A stretch of DNA of 64,000 bases, from contig NC_068990.1 in the NCBI RefSeq assembly GCF_001194135.2, positions 5,888,157 to 5,952,156 on the forward strand. The letters are read 5' to 3'. Position 1 is the stretch's first letter. Every line of letters begins with the position of its first letter. Positions 51,661 to 64,000 of this stretch are shown here, in pieces. This stretch comes from Octopus bimaculoides (lineage: Eukaryota). The position numbers and the translations under genes were made by a program. The notes beneath the pieces are model-generated. The model saw only the letters and a program-made list of their open reading frames with translations. It was not told the DNA's origin and searched no databases.

Positions 51661-52803
51661 TACACATGTGTAGAATATATATCCGACACATATGTGTGTG
51701 TGTCAGATATAGAATATATGTGTGTGTGTACAGGCACCTCTTTTAATATGTGTGTGTATAGAAAGAGAGGCAACAAGGATATACATATAAGAGGGAGATC
51801 TTATATGAAACATTGACAATACGTTTGTATCGTGTAGGTTTCTCATCCTAATCTTGTTTACAATCTCTTATTATCTATGTTTTCAACTTGTATAAAAAGT
51901 AGTTTTAAGTCATTCATTTATCAGACTGAGGTGATTAAGAGCTAGTCACGAATTACAAACATAATTAAGTAAAAACACACCATTAGATTCTCTCATCAAT
52001 TGAATACTTATGAAAGTCTGAGCGTTTCAGAGACAGACGTCATGTTAAATTGAGTGAAGATATTGCATCTTACGCGATGTTAAGACACTCGTTTGTTTTC
52101 GAGTTACGTCTTACGCTTCTGAACACTTTAGCATTTGGCGCTTGTACCTTCGTCGGTATAGAACTATACCAAGCTGAAGATTAGTCTTGTTAGGAGCAGA
52201 CTAGGCCATGGGGATGAGGAGGAGGAGGAGGCGGATGGGAGGGGAGGAGGGTGAGTTTAGTCGAATAAATCGATCCTGGTATTCATTTTAAGAGTTTTGT
52301 GCTTATTCCATTGCTCTCTATTGCTGAACCGCTAGTTCAAGGGGAAACAATCTAACTACGCCGGTTGTCAAGTAGCGGTGGCGGACAAACACAGCTACAC
52401 ATATATACATATGTACGTGTATACATATATATATTTACATATAGTGGAGTTCATTCAGATATAGGCCAATCTGAAATCTTAAGTATAACACGCTAACCTA
52501 TTAAATACGTAAAATATTTAATTAGTCTGCCAAAGTTCAGATTCCTCATATCACGCAGAGACACGAAACGAGCAACATATTGAGAGAGAAGGAGAGAAGA
52601 AAGCACAGAGACAATATCGGCGCTAATTGTGTGATTATGATAATTGATATCATTTCGAGAAAGTTGAATAATTCATCAAGCATAATATATTTCTATCATT
52701 ATATTTATTTATACAGATATATAGACAGGCATATAGATTTATATATGTGTGGTTGGGTGTGTGGGTGTATGTGTGTGTGTGTGCGTGTGTGAGTGTGTGT
52801 ATT

Positions 52804-52844
<41 letters not shown>

Positions 52845-52939
52845 ACAGTTTTTATACTCATAGGTAAGTGTTTTAATGCTTCGATCATTAGGACCGCCTT
52901 AAAGCATTAAAACTCTATTCTCTCCAGCACCGCTGTGAG

Positions 52940-53260
52940 CGATACATCATTTGCACGATGTGGAGAATATACCACCAGCATTGCCCAAGTGACCTCAACA
53001 TTAGCTTCAAAATTCACCCAAGGCTAGGACCAAGATCGCAACACATAAATACTCTGCAGCGCAATTTCTTTTCCTCAACAGGCCCTGGCCTATTTAACAT
53101 TGTCCCGAAAGAGATCAAAGAGGAAAACGGTCACATCACGTTTAAACGGAATCTGGACAAATATCTCCAAAGATTAGCAGATAAGCCACCTATAGCTGGA
53201 TACAACTCACTCAACAAGAAATCCCTACTCCAATGGACTATGATACTACAAAACTTGACT
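52940..53260 (+). mobile_element. CR1/L2-clade LINE ORF2 C-terminal fragment
   Basis: RYIICTMWRIY..HPRLG..NFFSSTGPGLFNIVPKEIK..FKRNLDKYLQRLADKP.IAGY..SLLQW matches the GP.LFN.LP..I..FK..LD.FL..PD.P end of CR1/L2 RTs. Confidence 0.8.
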
Positions 53261-53350
53261 TGAAAAGGATTTAGTTAATCCTAACAAGAGGTGCTATTGA
53301 GTTAGACATGACCTGGACCAATCTTTGGTCGAAACAAGTTATCTAAGTTT

Positions 53351-53425
<75 letters not shown>

Positions 53426-54249
53426 NNNNNNNNNNNNNNNNNNNNNNNNNNNNNNNNNNNNNNNNNNNNNNNNNNNNNNNNNNNNNNNNNNNNNNNNNNN
53501 NNNNNNNNNNNNNNNNNNNNNNNNNNNNNNNNNNNNNNNNNNNNNNNNNNNNNNNNNNNNNNNNNNNNNNNNNNNNNNNNNNNNNNNNNNNNNNNNNNNN
53601 NNNNNNNNNNNNNNNNNNNNNNNNNNNNNNNNNNNNNNNNNNNNNNNNNNNNNNNNNNNNNNNNNNNNNNNNNNNNNNNNNNNNNNNNNNNNNNNNNNNN
53701 NNNNNNNNNNNNNNNNNNNNNNNNNNNNNNNNNNNNNNNNNNNNNNNNNNNNNNNNNNNNNNNNNNNNNNNNNNNNNNNNNNNNNNNNNNNNNNNNNNNN
53801 NNNNNNNNNNNNNNNNNNNNNNNNNNNNNNNNNNNNNNNNNNNNNNNNNNNNNNNNNNNNNNNNNNNNNNNNNNNNNNNNNNNNNNNNNNNNNNNNNNNN
53901 NNNNNNNNNNNNNNNNNNNNNNNNNNNNNNNNNNNNNNNNNNNNNNNNNNNNNNNNNNNNNNNNNNNNNNNNNNNNNNNNNNNNNNNNNNNNNNNNNNNN
54001 NNNNNNNNNNNNNNNNNNNNNNNNNNNNNNNNNNNNNNNNNNNNNNNNNNNNNNNNNNNNNNNNNNNNNNNNNNNNNNNNNNNNNNNNNNNNNNNNNNNN
54101 NNNNNNNNNNNNNNNNNNNNNNNNNNNNNNNNNNNNNNNNNNNNNNNNNNNNNNNNNNNNNNNNNNNNNNNNNNNNNNNNNNNNNNNNNNNNNNNNNNNN
54201 NNNNNNNNNNNNNNNNNNNNNNNNNNNNNNNNNNNNNNNNNNNNTATAT

Positions 54250-54700
54250 AAAATTGAAAACCAAGAGGAGAGTGTAGATTTATTCACATCCAGAACATCT
54301 TTATTAAAAACTTTTCCTCACCATATATAACAATGACCAACATACGTTTCTACTACAGCATTCAAGTAGCTGAAATTTCATCAAGGGTCCATCAATTACG
54401 ACGTTTTCAAAGTGAACTAATTCAAACAAACTTCCTGAATTGGTATGCAGCTGAAGGTGATAGCGTTACCTTTTAAAACCATTTGAATTCTGGTCTTATA
54501 ATCACCTCTACTGTATAAAAAAATATCATATAAATATACGATGGAAAAACATAACAAAATATTCTAAAATCATAAAATAATAACACCTACTAAATGTGAA
54601 TCCCTTAATTATCAAGGAAACATCACTTAACATTCTCTATTATATCTACAACTACACCCAGTTAATTTCTAATCAACGATGGTTTTAACTTTACCACGCC
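54250..54700 (-). mobile_element. Probable Penelope-like terminal region with a degenerate hammerhead motif
   Basis: Minus strand reads CTTGATGA...GAAACGTA followed by AATAAA. Family assignment is by motif only. Confidence 0.45.
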
Positions 54701-55214
54701 AACAAACCACAATACAAAATATCATGTAATCAATAGATATTTCTGAATCCGAGGAAAACGTTGATAAACTTCATGAACAATAATTAATCCAGATGATATT
54801 ACGGTATTTTTTTCCGTTGTGATCAGGAGGAAAAGCTGTGCTCGTAGTCCTTTGCAGGGAGTCCGCGGAAAATGAGAAGGTATGAGAAAATATTCTCAAA
54901 CCGGAAACCGAGTATGAATGCTTAAAAGAGATACATCTGCACTGAAAGCCTCCAAAGTCTAGACAGTAATGTTACACAGGGCGACGGATTAAGTCAGCTC
55001 CTTAAGTTGACTATGACAGAATTTAGACTCTAATCATTCGAAAAAGGAACAAATACAACAAGGTATCCGATACGCCACTTTTACAGTTCCAGAGCCCTAA
55101 ACTGATACATATTTATCGACCCCGAAATAATGACAAGCAAGGTTGAACTCGGTAGAATTTTAATTCTGAGAGTTGGAAAAAATGCTGAGAGAGGTTTTAT
55201 CTGATGCTCTAGAG

Positions 55215-55532
55215 CGCTGGTTCTCAACAGGGGTCCATATAAGATTTTGGGGACTCTACGCTAGCAAAATAGTAAATTAGGGATCCACAGTCGTGTATTA
55301 AGGGTCCATGAAAAAGTTTTGCTTTAGATGTAATTATTGCAAGAATCAGCTCAGCTTCTTTCTCTACCGTTTTCCATAGTTCAACCTACACAAGTTAATG
55401 TGTGAAAAGTAAAATAGAAATTTTGAAAGAAGTACCTATAAATTTAGCTTTTAAACTAGTGACGATGAGGGTCCACCAGAGTAAAATAGTAATCAAAGAG
55501 TTCCGTAGGTAAGATATGGCTGAGAACCAGTG
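55215..55532. mobile_element. hAT-type MITE with 14-bp TIRs
   Basis: CGCTGGTTCTCAAC ... GCTGAGAACCAGTG. Left flank CTCTAGAG fits the Charlie NTCTAGAN target preference; the right flank matches only 4/8. Confidence 0.7.
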
Positions 55533-55842
55533 CTCTGCTTGTACTGACGTGAGAAGTTTGGAAATTTAATATTTCAGTTTTCCGTCTAAGATTGAGGATG
55601 ACAGAAATTGTGTCATCTAGAGGTATAGGTAAGTTGTGTCTCTGAATTGAACTTATATAACGTAATATAAGATTTCTTGTATAAATGTATGTCACAAAAT
55701 TATAACAAAATATTCTAAATTAGTTAAACAATGAAAAACAATCGGAATTTCTCGATTACCAAACAAATATTAATTAGCAACGTAACGACCGGTCTTCGTA
55801 ACTTAGATCAGCAAAAGCAATCGACTAAAAAGGGCATACACA

Positions 55843-55920
<78 letters not shown>

Positions 55921-56798
55921 TATATATGTATGTATATATATATATATATATGTTCGAATAAAACCCTTCAAGATGGCGCTCCAGCATGGCCGTGGTCAAA
56001 AAACTGAAAGAAGTAAAAGATAAGACGATATCACGCTGACAATACGAGATATCACGTAATCCATGGCAAAATCCGAATTCGAGGAAAATGGTGATGACCT
56101 CCATCAACAATAATTAGTCTATAGGAAACGCCAATATTAGATATTTTATATATCCTAATCAAGCGGAAAAGTTTCCTACACACAGATATAATGGGGTGAA
56201 GAAGGCCTTCGCTATGAACATCCTCATCACTTTATCATAATTCAGAACACCTTCGCCATCTTTTAATCAAGCTATAAATGTATCTGATATTGATCTGGCT
56301 GTATCTTGATCCATTTCCTTACTAACATCTTAACTCTGGCTTTTACTTCACACCTCTAATCATAAAGTGGTCTTGATACATGGAATGAAATTTCGCAAAT
56401 ATATCTTCCTTCCTTAGTAAAAGCGGGTATCATGACCGCTGCTCATATTCTTCTAAAGACAGAATATACGCTAACCTATTTAATGCCTTAATGGGATTTC
56501 CATCGATCACTTAACCGAATATATGTGCGCATGCCTGTTCTTACGTCTTTATGTTTGTGTATGGAGTATGTGCATGTGAACGTATATCTACACACACACA
56601 CAAACACACACACATACACACACACACAAACACACGCACAGACATGTATATATAGGTATCGTTTTATGTACGATTATAAATGTATGTCTGTATATGAAGG
56701 GTGATATATATATATATATAAGATACATAAAAATATTTATACATAGATATTTATACACACATGCGTACATACATATATATATGTATGTGTGTGTGTGC

Positions 56799-56842
<44 letters not shown>

Positions 56843-57239
56843 CCAATTCTATCTGTATATACGAAGGACATATTTTTACGTATGTCTTTCTTTGCATGCA
56901 AAAATAGTCGTGACTGTATGTTAGGAAGTTTTCGTTCTAACCACGTGGTTTCAGGTTCATGCATATACATAAATATCTATATGCATACACATATGAATAT
57001 ATACATACAGGTATATACACGCACGCATGCACACACACACACATATGTGCATGCATGCAAGTGTATGTATGAATATATATACGTGTATGCATTTATGTGT
57101 GTATATATATGCATACAATTAAACCTTGGGAGAGGCATTATGCACACGAAATACAAGACGAAATATATATGCATAGTTTTGTTACATAATTTTATAAATG
57201 TTTCATCGATATTTTGTCACAAGTTTATTCCTACTTTGT

Positions 57240-58287
57240 GTAACAATACATTACATCGCTATTATCATACATGTTCTTTTCTTGCTTGGGAATAAATCAT
57301 AGTCAGATGGGACCAAACCAGGATCAGAGGGAGAGTGATCAACCATTTCAAATGTACAGTCACACACACATGCAGTTGAAACAAAGACTTGTGTGCTGGA
57401 GCATTGTCCCGATAAAGCCTGTTTCGACAGTTTCCCAGGGTGTTTCATCTTGAAAACCTTTCGTAACTGTCTCAGCAAGTTGACATAGTACTCTCCACTG
57501 ATGGCGTAGGCCTTTTTTGAAGATAATTAATAGACACAATGCCTTTTGCATTCCAAAATTTAAAAAATCGGAGGTTATCACCTTCCTTGCAGGTGATGAC
57601 GGATGTTTCCACTGCATATATTATCGCTTAGTCTCTGGCTCAAAGTGACGAAGCCAACACTCATCCTGGGTTAGGAAACGTTCAAGGAAACCACCTGGTT
57701 CTGTCTCAAAGAATGTCAGATTCTTCCATGATGTGGTCAGCCTGGAGCGTTTTTGATCATGTATAAGATGGTGTGGAATCCACGAAGAAGAAGCCTTCGT
57801 CTTGTCAAGTTCATTGTGCGCGATATTCTCAACTTTCACACTGAATATGCTTATAACACTGGCTTGTTGATTTATAGTCAATCACCAGTCAACCATCACT
57901 ATGGGGTGAACATGACCAATGTTTTCCCCGGTGACATTGGGTCATCTTCAAGACTGTCCTTTGTCCTCTTAAATTTAGCTACCGCTTTTGCACCTTTGAT
58001 AAAGCTGGGGTGTCACCGCCTAAAGTAGTGACTATTTCAGTATGATGTAGTTGGAGGCTAAACACTTTATCTGTAAGTACTTGTTAACAACACGATACCA
58101 AATTTTGTCCTTCTTCAACAGAAGTCGCTTCTAGTTACATTTGAAGACTTCTTTGAACAGTCAGATGTCAGTTTATTCGGAAAGAATGCAGCTGTTACTA
58201 AAAAGGGTTGGAATTAATGCGTCCAAGATTTCACAACTCTAGCATCACTCCACAGTCAGTCTAGGAACTTTCCAGCCCACTCTCGTA
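57240..58287 (-). mobile_element. Mariner element B (same family as A), 3'-truncated, degenerate D,D34D-type transposase
   Basis: TA|CGAGAGTGGGCTGGAAAGTTCC terminus. Peptides WIPHHL..DQKRSRL..FLERFLTQDECWLRHFEPETKR..MQWKHPSSP and HSPSDPGLVPSDYDLFP (YSPDLAPSD motif). Confidence 0.9.
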
Positions 58288-58662
58288 TATGTGTGTGCGT
58301 GTGTGTGTACGTACACGCGCATATATATATACTTTCTAGACGACATTATCGAATGTCACTTGTTACAATAGGGTGGGATATAATTTGAGAGGTGTTTCCT
58401 TATTATTTATAGCAGTAAGTATATTATTATGTCAATGCCTGTAATGACGACGAGACTATTTATTATGGCGAATTGGGTAAATTATTTTGTCGATGTCTAT
58501 CAATCAATTCATAAAACTTCTTGACGCGACTCGTATCATGTGTGTGTGTAAGTGAGTATAACTATCTGTCTTTCAATCTATCTATCTATGAATCGATTTA
58601 TCTATCTACTTGTCTCTCTGCCTGTCTAATTGCCTATCTAACTGTCAATAGTGTGTGTGTGT

Positions 58663-58712
<50 letters not shown>

Positions 58713-59046
58713 GTGTATAGAGAGGGAGAGAGACGGAAGATGGAAAATTCGAGAATTTTTATCAATCACTACAATTGTTTCGACCCATCTAGCATCGATC
58801 CCTCACGGGAGGGATACTTAACTGAATTAGGAGCATCCGTCGGAGCATGTGTCTCTTCAGATGATAATAAGACGACTGTCCCACAAGGTATCTTCTCGTT
58901 TTGTATAGAGATTAATAAAAATACTCGTATCTTCCATTTTCCAACTCTCTGATAAATCAAATACACAACAAACACTGTGAAAGCGAACGTGCTTTACCGG
59001 TGAACTACCAAGTATATACCATACGTTTTATTATCTAAGATATCTA

Positions 59047-59081
<35 letters not shown>

Positions 59082-59269
59082 AGCACTCCGTCGGTTGCGA
59101 CGACGAGGGTTCCAGCTGATCCGATCAACGGAACAGCTTGCTCATGAAATTAACTTGCAAGTGACTGAGCAAGGAGATTCAGCGTGACACAGGTTTAGCA
59201 TTCTGCCTTATTATTATTTTTTCGTTCCAATATATATATATATTGCAAAGCGATAAGACATCTGGGAAA

Positions 59270-60470
59270 TGAGTTTGATAATTATAGATTGAAGAAACTG
59301 ATGCAGGCTGCAGAAGCATGGAAAAGTCTAGGAAGATGCAAGAGAAAGATGGCACTTTGTAGATCAGATGTGACAGTGCTTGAAAACGGAGTGAAGATGG
59401 AAGAGGCATGCAAATCCTTCAACGCCAACATTTTAAAATCATCAGTGAGAATCGATCCTCCACCGTCTTCAATGTTCGAAGAAGTACCACCTATTCTAGT
59501 CAGTGATGAAAGCAGATAAAGCTGGAGCAAAAGACAGAATAGCAACGAAGATGTTATGGAGTGGAGGAGAAGGGCTGTGGAAAATCCTCGTTCTACGTTT
59601 CAATTGCTATCTGAAGCAGGGTAAAATATCTCCGCAGTGGAAAGAGTCGAATACCATTTGCTTCATAATAAGGGTGATAAGGAAAGTCTAAGAAAGTATG
59701 ATGCCATGTGCCGCTTGTCTCAGGATGTTTTAGAAAGGTCATAATCACCAGAAAATCTAAACATCTCGAACAAGCAAATTTTCGTTAAAACTACAGTACG
59801 ATACATCACGTATTCACTTTAACACAGCTTTAACAACGAGCGAAAGCAACGAAGCTGTATATCGCTTTAGTGGACTGCGAATAGGCTCTCAATAGAATCG
59901 AAATGAACGCAGTACTAAAATCACTGGAAATGCAAAAAAGTTGGGGCACAATACACCAAAATGCTCAGAAATGCGCCACAAATGTAGCCCTGTTATTATC
60001 ATCTGTAAGAGTTCCAAGTGAAAAGACGTCAATGATATGCAATCTCTCCAAAATTCTTCACTGCATATCTGGAAATTGTCACCAGAGATATTGACCGGAG
60101 AGGTGGTGTTGACATCAACACCGCCAATTCACAGTTAACATCGTACTCATCACCGAAACCACAGACCAGCTGCAGGCAATGCCGGCAGCTGGACACTCAT
60201 AGCTCAGACGTAGACATTAAAATGCATAAAAACAAAATAGATGCAGTTGAAAATGTTGCACATGACCGAATATTAGTGGAACCGATAAAATGGAAGAGGT
60301 AAAGGAATAGGTTTACATGGGACAGACAGTGAATATGGGCCTAAACATTCCTGAATAAGAGCAGGTTGGAAGGCATTTGCCTCGATAAAAGATGTGTTAA
60401 AAACAAGGCTTGACAAGACCCCCCCCCCCACATGTCAGTCTTTTCAATAACACTGCATGTGAGACGTGGG
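59270..60470 (+). mobile_element. RTE-clade LINE reverse-transcriptase remnant
   Basis: Mosaic frames give EEVPPILVS..KAGAKDRI..GGEGLWKIL..FNCYLKQGKISPQWKESNTI..KGDKE..NAVLKSL, and later AGWKAF..IKDVL..CETW. Confidence 0.85.
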
Positions 60471-60494
60471 TTGCTAGGGAGCGAGAACACCCAA

Positions 60495-60526
<32 letters not shown>

Positions 60527-60732
60527 TTATATATATACGTGTGTGTAAGTTTGTACGTGAGTGTGCATGTGTGTGTATATGTATGTGTTAGTGCCTCTTC
60601 GTAAAAGCCCACTTCTCAATTGCGTATAAAGGCGCGAGTAGGACATACTGATGCACATACATTTATACTTTCATACATTTATTCAAGTATATATACATAA
60701 CAATATGTTTATAAATACAGATATATGTGTGA

Positions 60733-60793
<61 letters not shown>

Positions 60794-61004
60794 ATTTGAA
60801 TTCTGGTATCTAACTACTGACGTCCGCTGCTACATAAATACACTATTACTTTATGATAGTGTGTCATTAACCGTGTCATTATATGAGCTTAATTGTCCGA
60901 AAAATTAGAATCTAATTAACAATCATCTCAAGCATATAACCATTTTGTAAACAAACAATATATTTATGTTTGCAAGTCTACTTACATGTATGTATGTATG
61001 TATG

Positions 61005-61051
<47 letters not shown>

Positions 61052-61375
61052 AAAGGGAAATAGATAGATCGATAGATAGATATTCATACAGATATATATG
61101 TACATAGACACATATATAGAGTAGGTCACATAGATAAAATATATATAAATAAATACTTAAATATATATTATCTGTACCATACATATATATATATATGTAT
61201 GTATATATATATGTAAATATATACATATATATGTGCATGTATATATATATATATGTATACATGCATGTATATATGTGAGTGTGTGTGTGTGTGTGTGTAC
61301 TGACACTGACAAACACACATACAGACGTATAAATGTATTCCTGTAGCTATATGTATATATATATATATATGTATG

Positions 61376-61448
<73 letters not shown>

Positions 61449-61969
61449 NNNNNNNNNNNNNNNNNNNNNNNNNNNNNNNNNNNNNNNNNNNNNNNNNNNN
61501 NNNNNNNNNNNNNNNNNNNNNNNNNNNNNNNNNNNNNNNNNNNNNNNNNNNNNNNNNNNNNNNNNNNNNNNNNNNNNNNNNNNNNNNNNNNNNNNNNNNN
61601 NNNNNNNNNNNNNNNNNNNNNNNNNNNNNNNNNNNNNNNNNNNNNNNNNNNNNNNNNNNNNNNNNNNNNNNNNNNNNNNNNNNNNNNNNNNNNNNNNNNN
61701 NNNNNNNNNNNNNNNNNNNNNNNNNNNNNNNNNNNNNNNNNNNNNNNNNNNNNNNNNNNNNNNNNNNNNNNNNNNNNNNNNNNNNNNNNNNNNNNNNNNN
61801 NNNNNNNNNNNNNNNNNNNNNNNNNTCTATGTCTACAATATTGAAATCTCGCTGTTAAAACAATTCTCTGTCGGTAGGACACATTCTGATTAGTTTCATC
61901 CCTATTTGATGATCCATCAGACGACAGAAATCAGACAATCATAACAACCCCAATATTTTTTCTCCCTAT

Positions 61970-62390
61970 AAGGCGGCGAGCTGGCAGAAACGTTAGCACG
62001 GTATTTCGTCTGCCGCTACGTTCTGAGTTCAAATTCCGCCGAGGTCGACTTTGCCTTTCATCCTTTCGGGATCGATTAAATAAGTACCAGTTACGCACTG
62101 GGGTCGATATAATCGACTCAATCCGTTTGCCTGTCCTTGTTTGTCCCCTCTGTGTGTAGCCCCTTGTGGGCAGTAAAGAACTAAGAAACGTTAGCACACC
62201 GGGTGAAATGCTTAGCGGTATTTCGTCGTCTGTCTTTACGTTCTGAGTTCAAATTCCACCAAGGTCGACTTTGCCTACCCTCCATTCGGGGTCGATAAAT
62301 TAAGTATCAGTTGCGTACTGCGGTCGATCTATTTGACTGGGCCCCTCCCCCAAAGTTTCAAGCTTCGTACCTAGAGTAGAAAAGAATATC
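61970..62390 (+). mobile_element. Two tandem tRNA-derived SINE copies
   Basis: GGCGGCGAGCTGGCAGAAACGTTAGCAC...GAGTTCAAATTCCGCCGAGGTCGACTTTGCC occurs twice; the second copy lacks the extreme 5' end. Confidence 0.9.
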
Positions 62391-62400
62391 GTTTTCACTC

Positions 62401-62438
<38 letters not shown>

Positions 62439-63178
62439 NNNNNNNNNNNNNNNNNNNNNNNNNNNNNNNNNNNNNNNNNNNNNNNNNNNNNNNNNNNNNN
62501 NNNNNNNNNNNNNNNNNNNNNNNNNNNNNNNNNNNNNNNNNNNNNNNNNNNNNNNNNNNNNNNNNNNNNNNNNNNNNNNNNNNNNNNNNNNNNNNNNNNN
62601 NNNNNNNNNNNNNNNNNNNNNNNNNNNNNNNNNNNNNNNNNNNNNNNNNNNNNNNNNNNNNNNNNNNNNNNNNNNNNNNNNNNNNNNNNNNNNNNNNNNN
62701 NNNNNNNNNNNNNNNNNNNNNNNNNNNNNNNNNNNNNNNNNNNNNNNNNNNNNNNNNNNNNNNNNNNNNNNNNNNNNNNNNNNNNNNNNNNNNNNNNNNN
62801 NNNNNNNNNNNNNNNNNNNNNNNNNNNNNNNNNNNNNNNNNNNNNNNNNNNNNNNNNNNNNNNNNNNNNNNNNNNNNNNNNNNNNNNNNNNNNNNNNNNN
62901 NNNNNNNNNNNNNNNNNNNNNNNNNNNNNNNNNNNNNNNNNNNNNNNNNNNNNNNNNNNNNNNNNNNNNNNNNNNNNNNNNNNNNNNNNNNNNNNNNNNN
63001 NNNNNNNNNNNNNNNNNNNNNNNNNNNNNNNNNNNNNNNNNNNNNNNNNNNNNNNNNNNNNNNNNNNNNNNNNNNNNNNNNNNNNNNNNNNNNNNNNNNN
63101 NNNNNNNNNNNNNNNNNNNNNNNNNNNNNNNNNNNNNNNNNNNNNNNNNNNNNNNNNNNNNNNNNNNNNNNNNNNNNN

Positions 63179-63215
<37 letters not shown>

Positions 63216-64000
63216 ATATGTTTGTACTTCATAGCCAAATCATACATCGCGCATTAATTTACATAAAAAGTATTAGCATATCCAATGTATGTTACATGAA
63301 TAGTTTGATAATAACGTTATCAGGAAGGCATAGTTATGCAAATTAGACTAGCTGTTGCTGCTCCCCTTGACTTGTGTTCGATATAACTCGATATAATACC
63401 TCTCTTTCTCTCACTCTTTCTCTCTCTCTCTTCCTCTCTGCGGGTGTATGTGTGTATTTGCGCGTGCGCATGAACATTGAAATAAAACTGCTTATTCGCT
63501 GACATTAATTCGTTAGTTCAATGTATTCAATATAGTCAGTTATTGGAAAATACTTGTCAAACTGTCTTTCTGTCTGTCTTTTTTTATGCCGCCTCCCTTT
63601 ATGCTTTTTACTAAATTGTTCATGAAGTAGAAAACTATTCAATTAACCATACTCTCCTTCCAACATTTTAGTTTTGGACAATTTTAAGATTCTGTTTTAG
63701 TATCTTATTTATTTCTGAAAGTGCAAGTAACAACAGGGGATTTGTTTTGATTTCAACGTTATCAATAGCGATGTCATGGTTCTACGCTACTTACCGGTGC
63801 AGTGGTAGAATAGTCGCTAAGTAAATATAAAAGTTAGAGTAGAAAAATAGAATGTCTATGAGATACCATCGGAATGGATCGTCGCCGTCTATTGTATTAC
63901 TTCATTGCAAATTCCTATTAGTCTCATTTCAAATAGACACGAGGACGATATAGATTTCAGGGAGAATAACCAAAGAGAGTATTCTGACATTCAAGTCTTA

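Noticed and set aside
61970-62060. tRNA genes at A/B-box-containing segments (also 19040-19105, 43230-43310, 49840-49910)
   Set aside because: No full cloverleaf; each continues into a shared SINE body.

Overview
AT-rich animal genomic DNA, dense in microsatellites, with short-read-type N gaps next to (AT)n/(GT)n tracts. The SINE families and repeat texture suggest a coleoid cephalopod, probably Octopus (inference). No long intact ORF is present; most ORFs in the track are microsatellite or N-gap artefacts. The window is mainly a record of decayed transposons: mariner (one copy interrupted by a nested hAT), a second Tc1/mariner lineage, GTF2IRD2/SPIN-like hATs, a probable Chapaev3-type CMC element, Penelope-like elements (PLE), RTE, CR1/L2 and RLE-type LINEs, many tRNA-derived SINEs and MITEs. 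Two signals go beyond the repeats. (1) A chain of short, phase-compatible + strand candidate exons (16426-31079) encodes an unrecognised protein; one exon has an in-frame TAA that a nearby in-frame AG could bypass. (2) Hammerhead-ribozyme-like cores recur at PLE-type termini, two sharing a CUGU(Y)GA variant core, and some sit inside long inverted-repeat (foldback) elements. All calls come from reading the sequence by eye; no searches were run.
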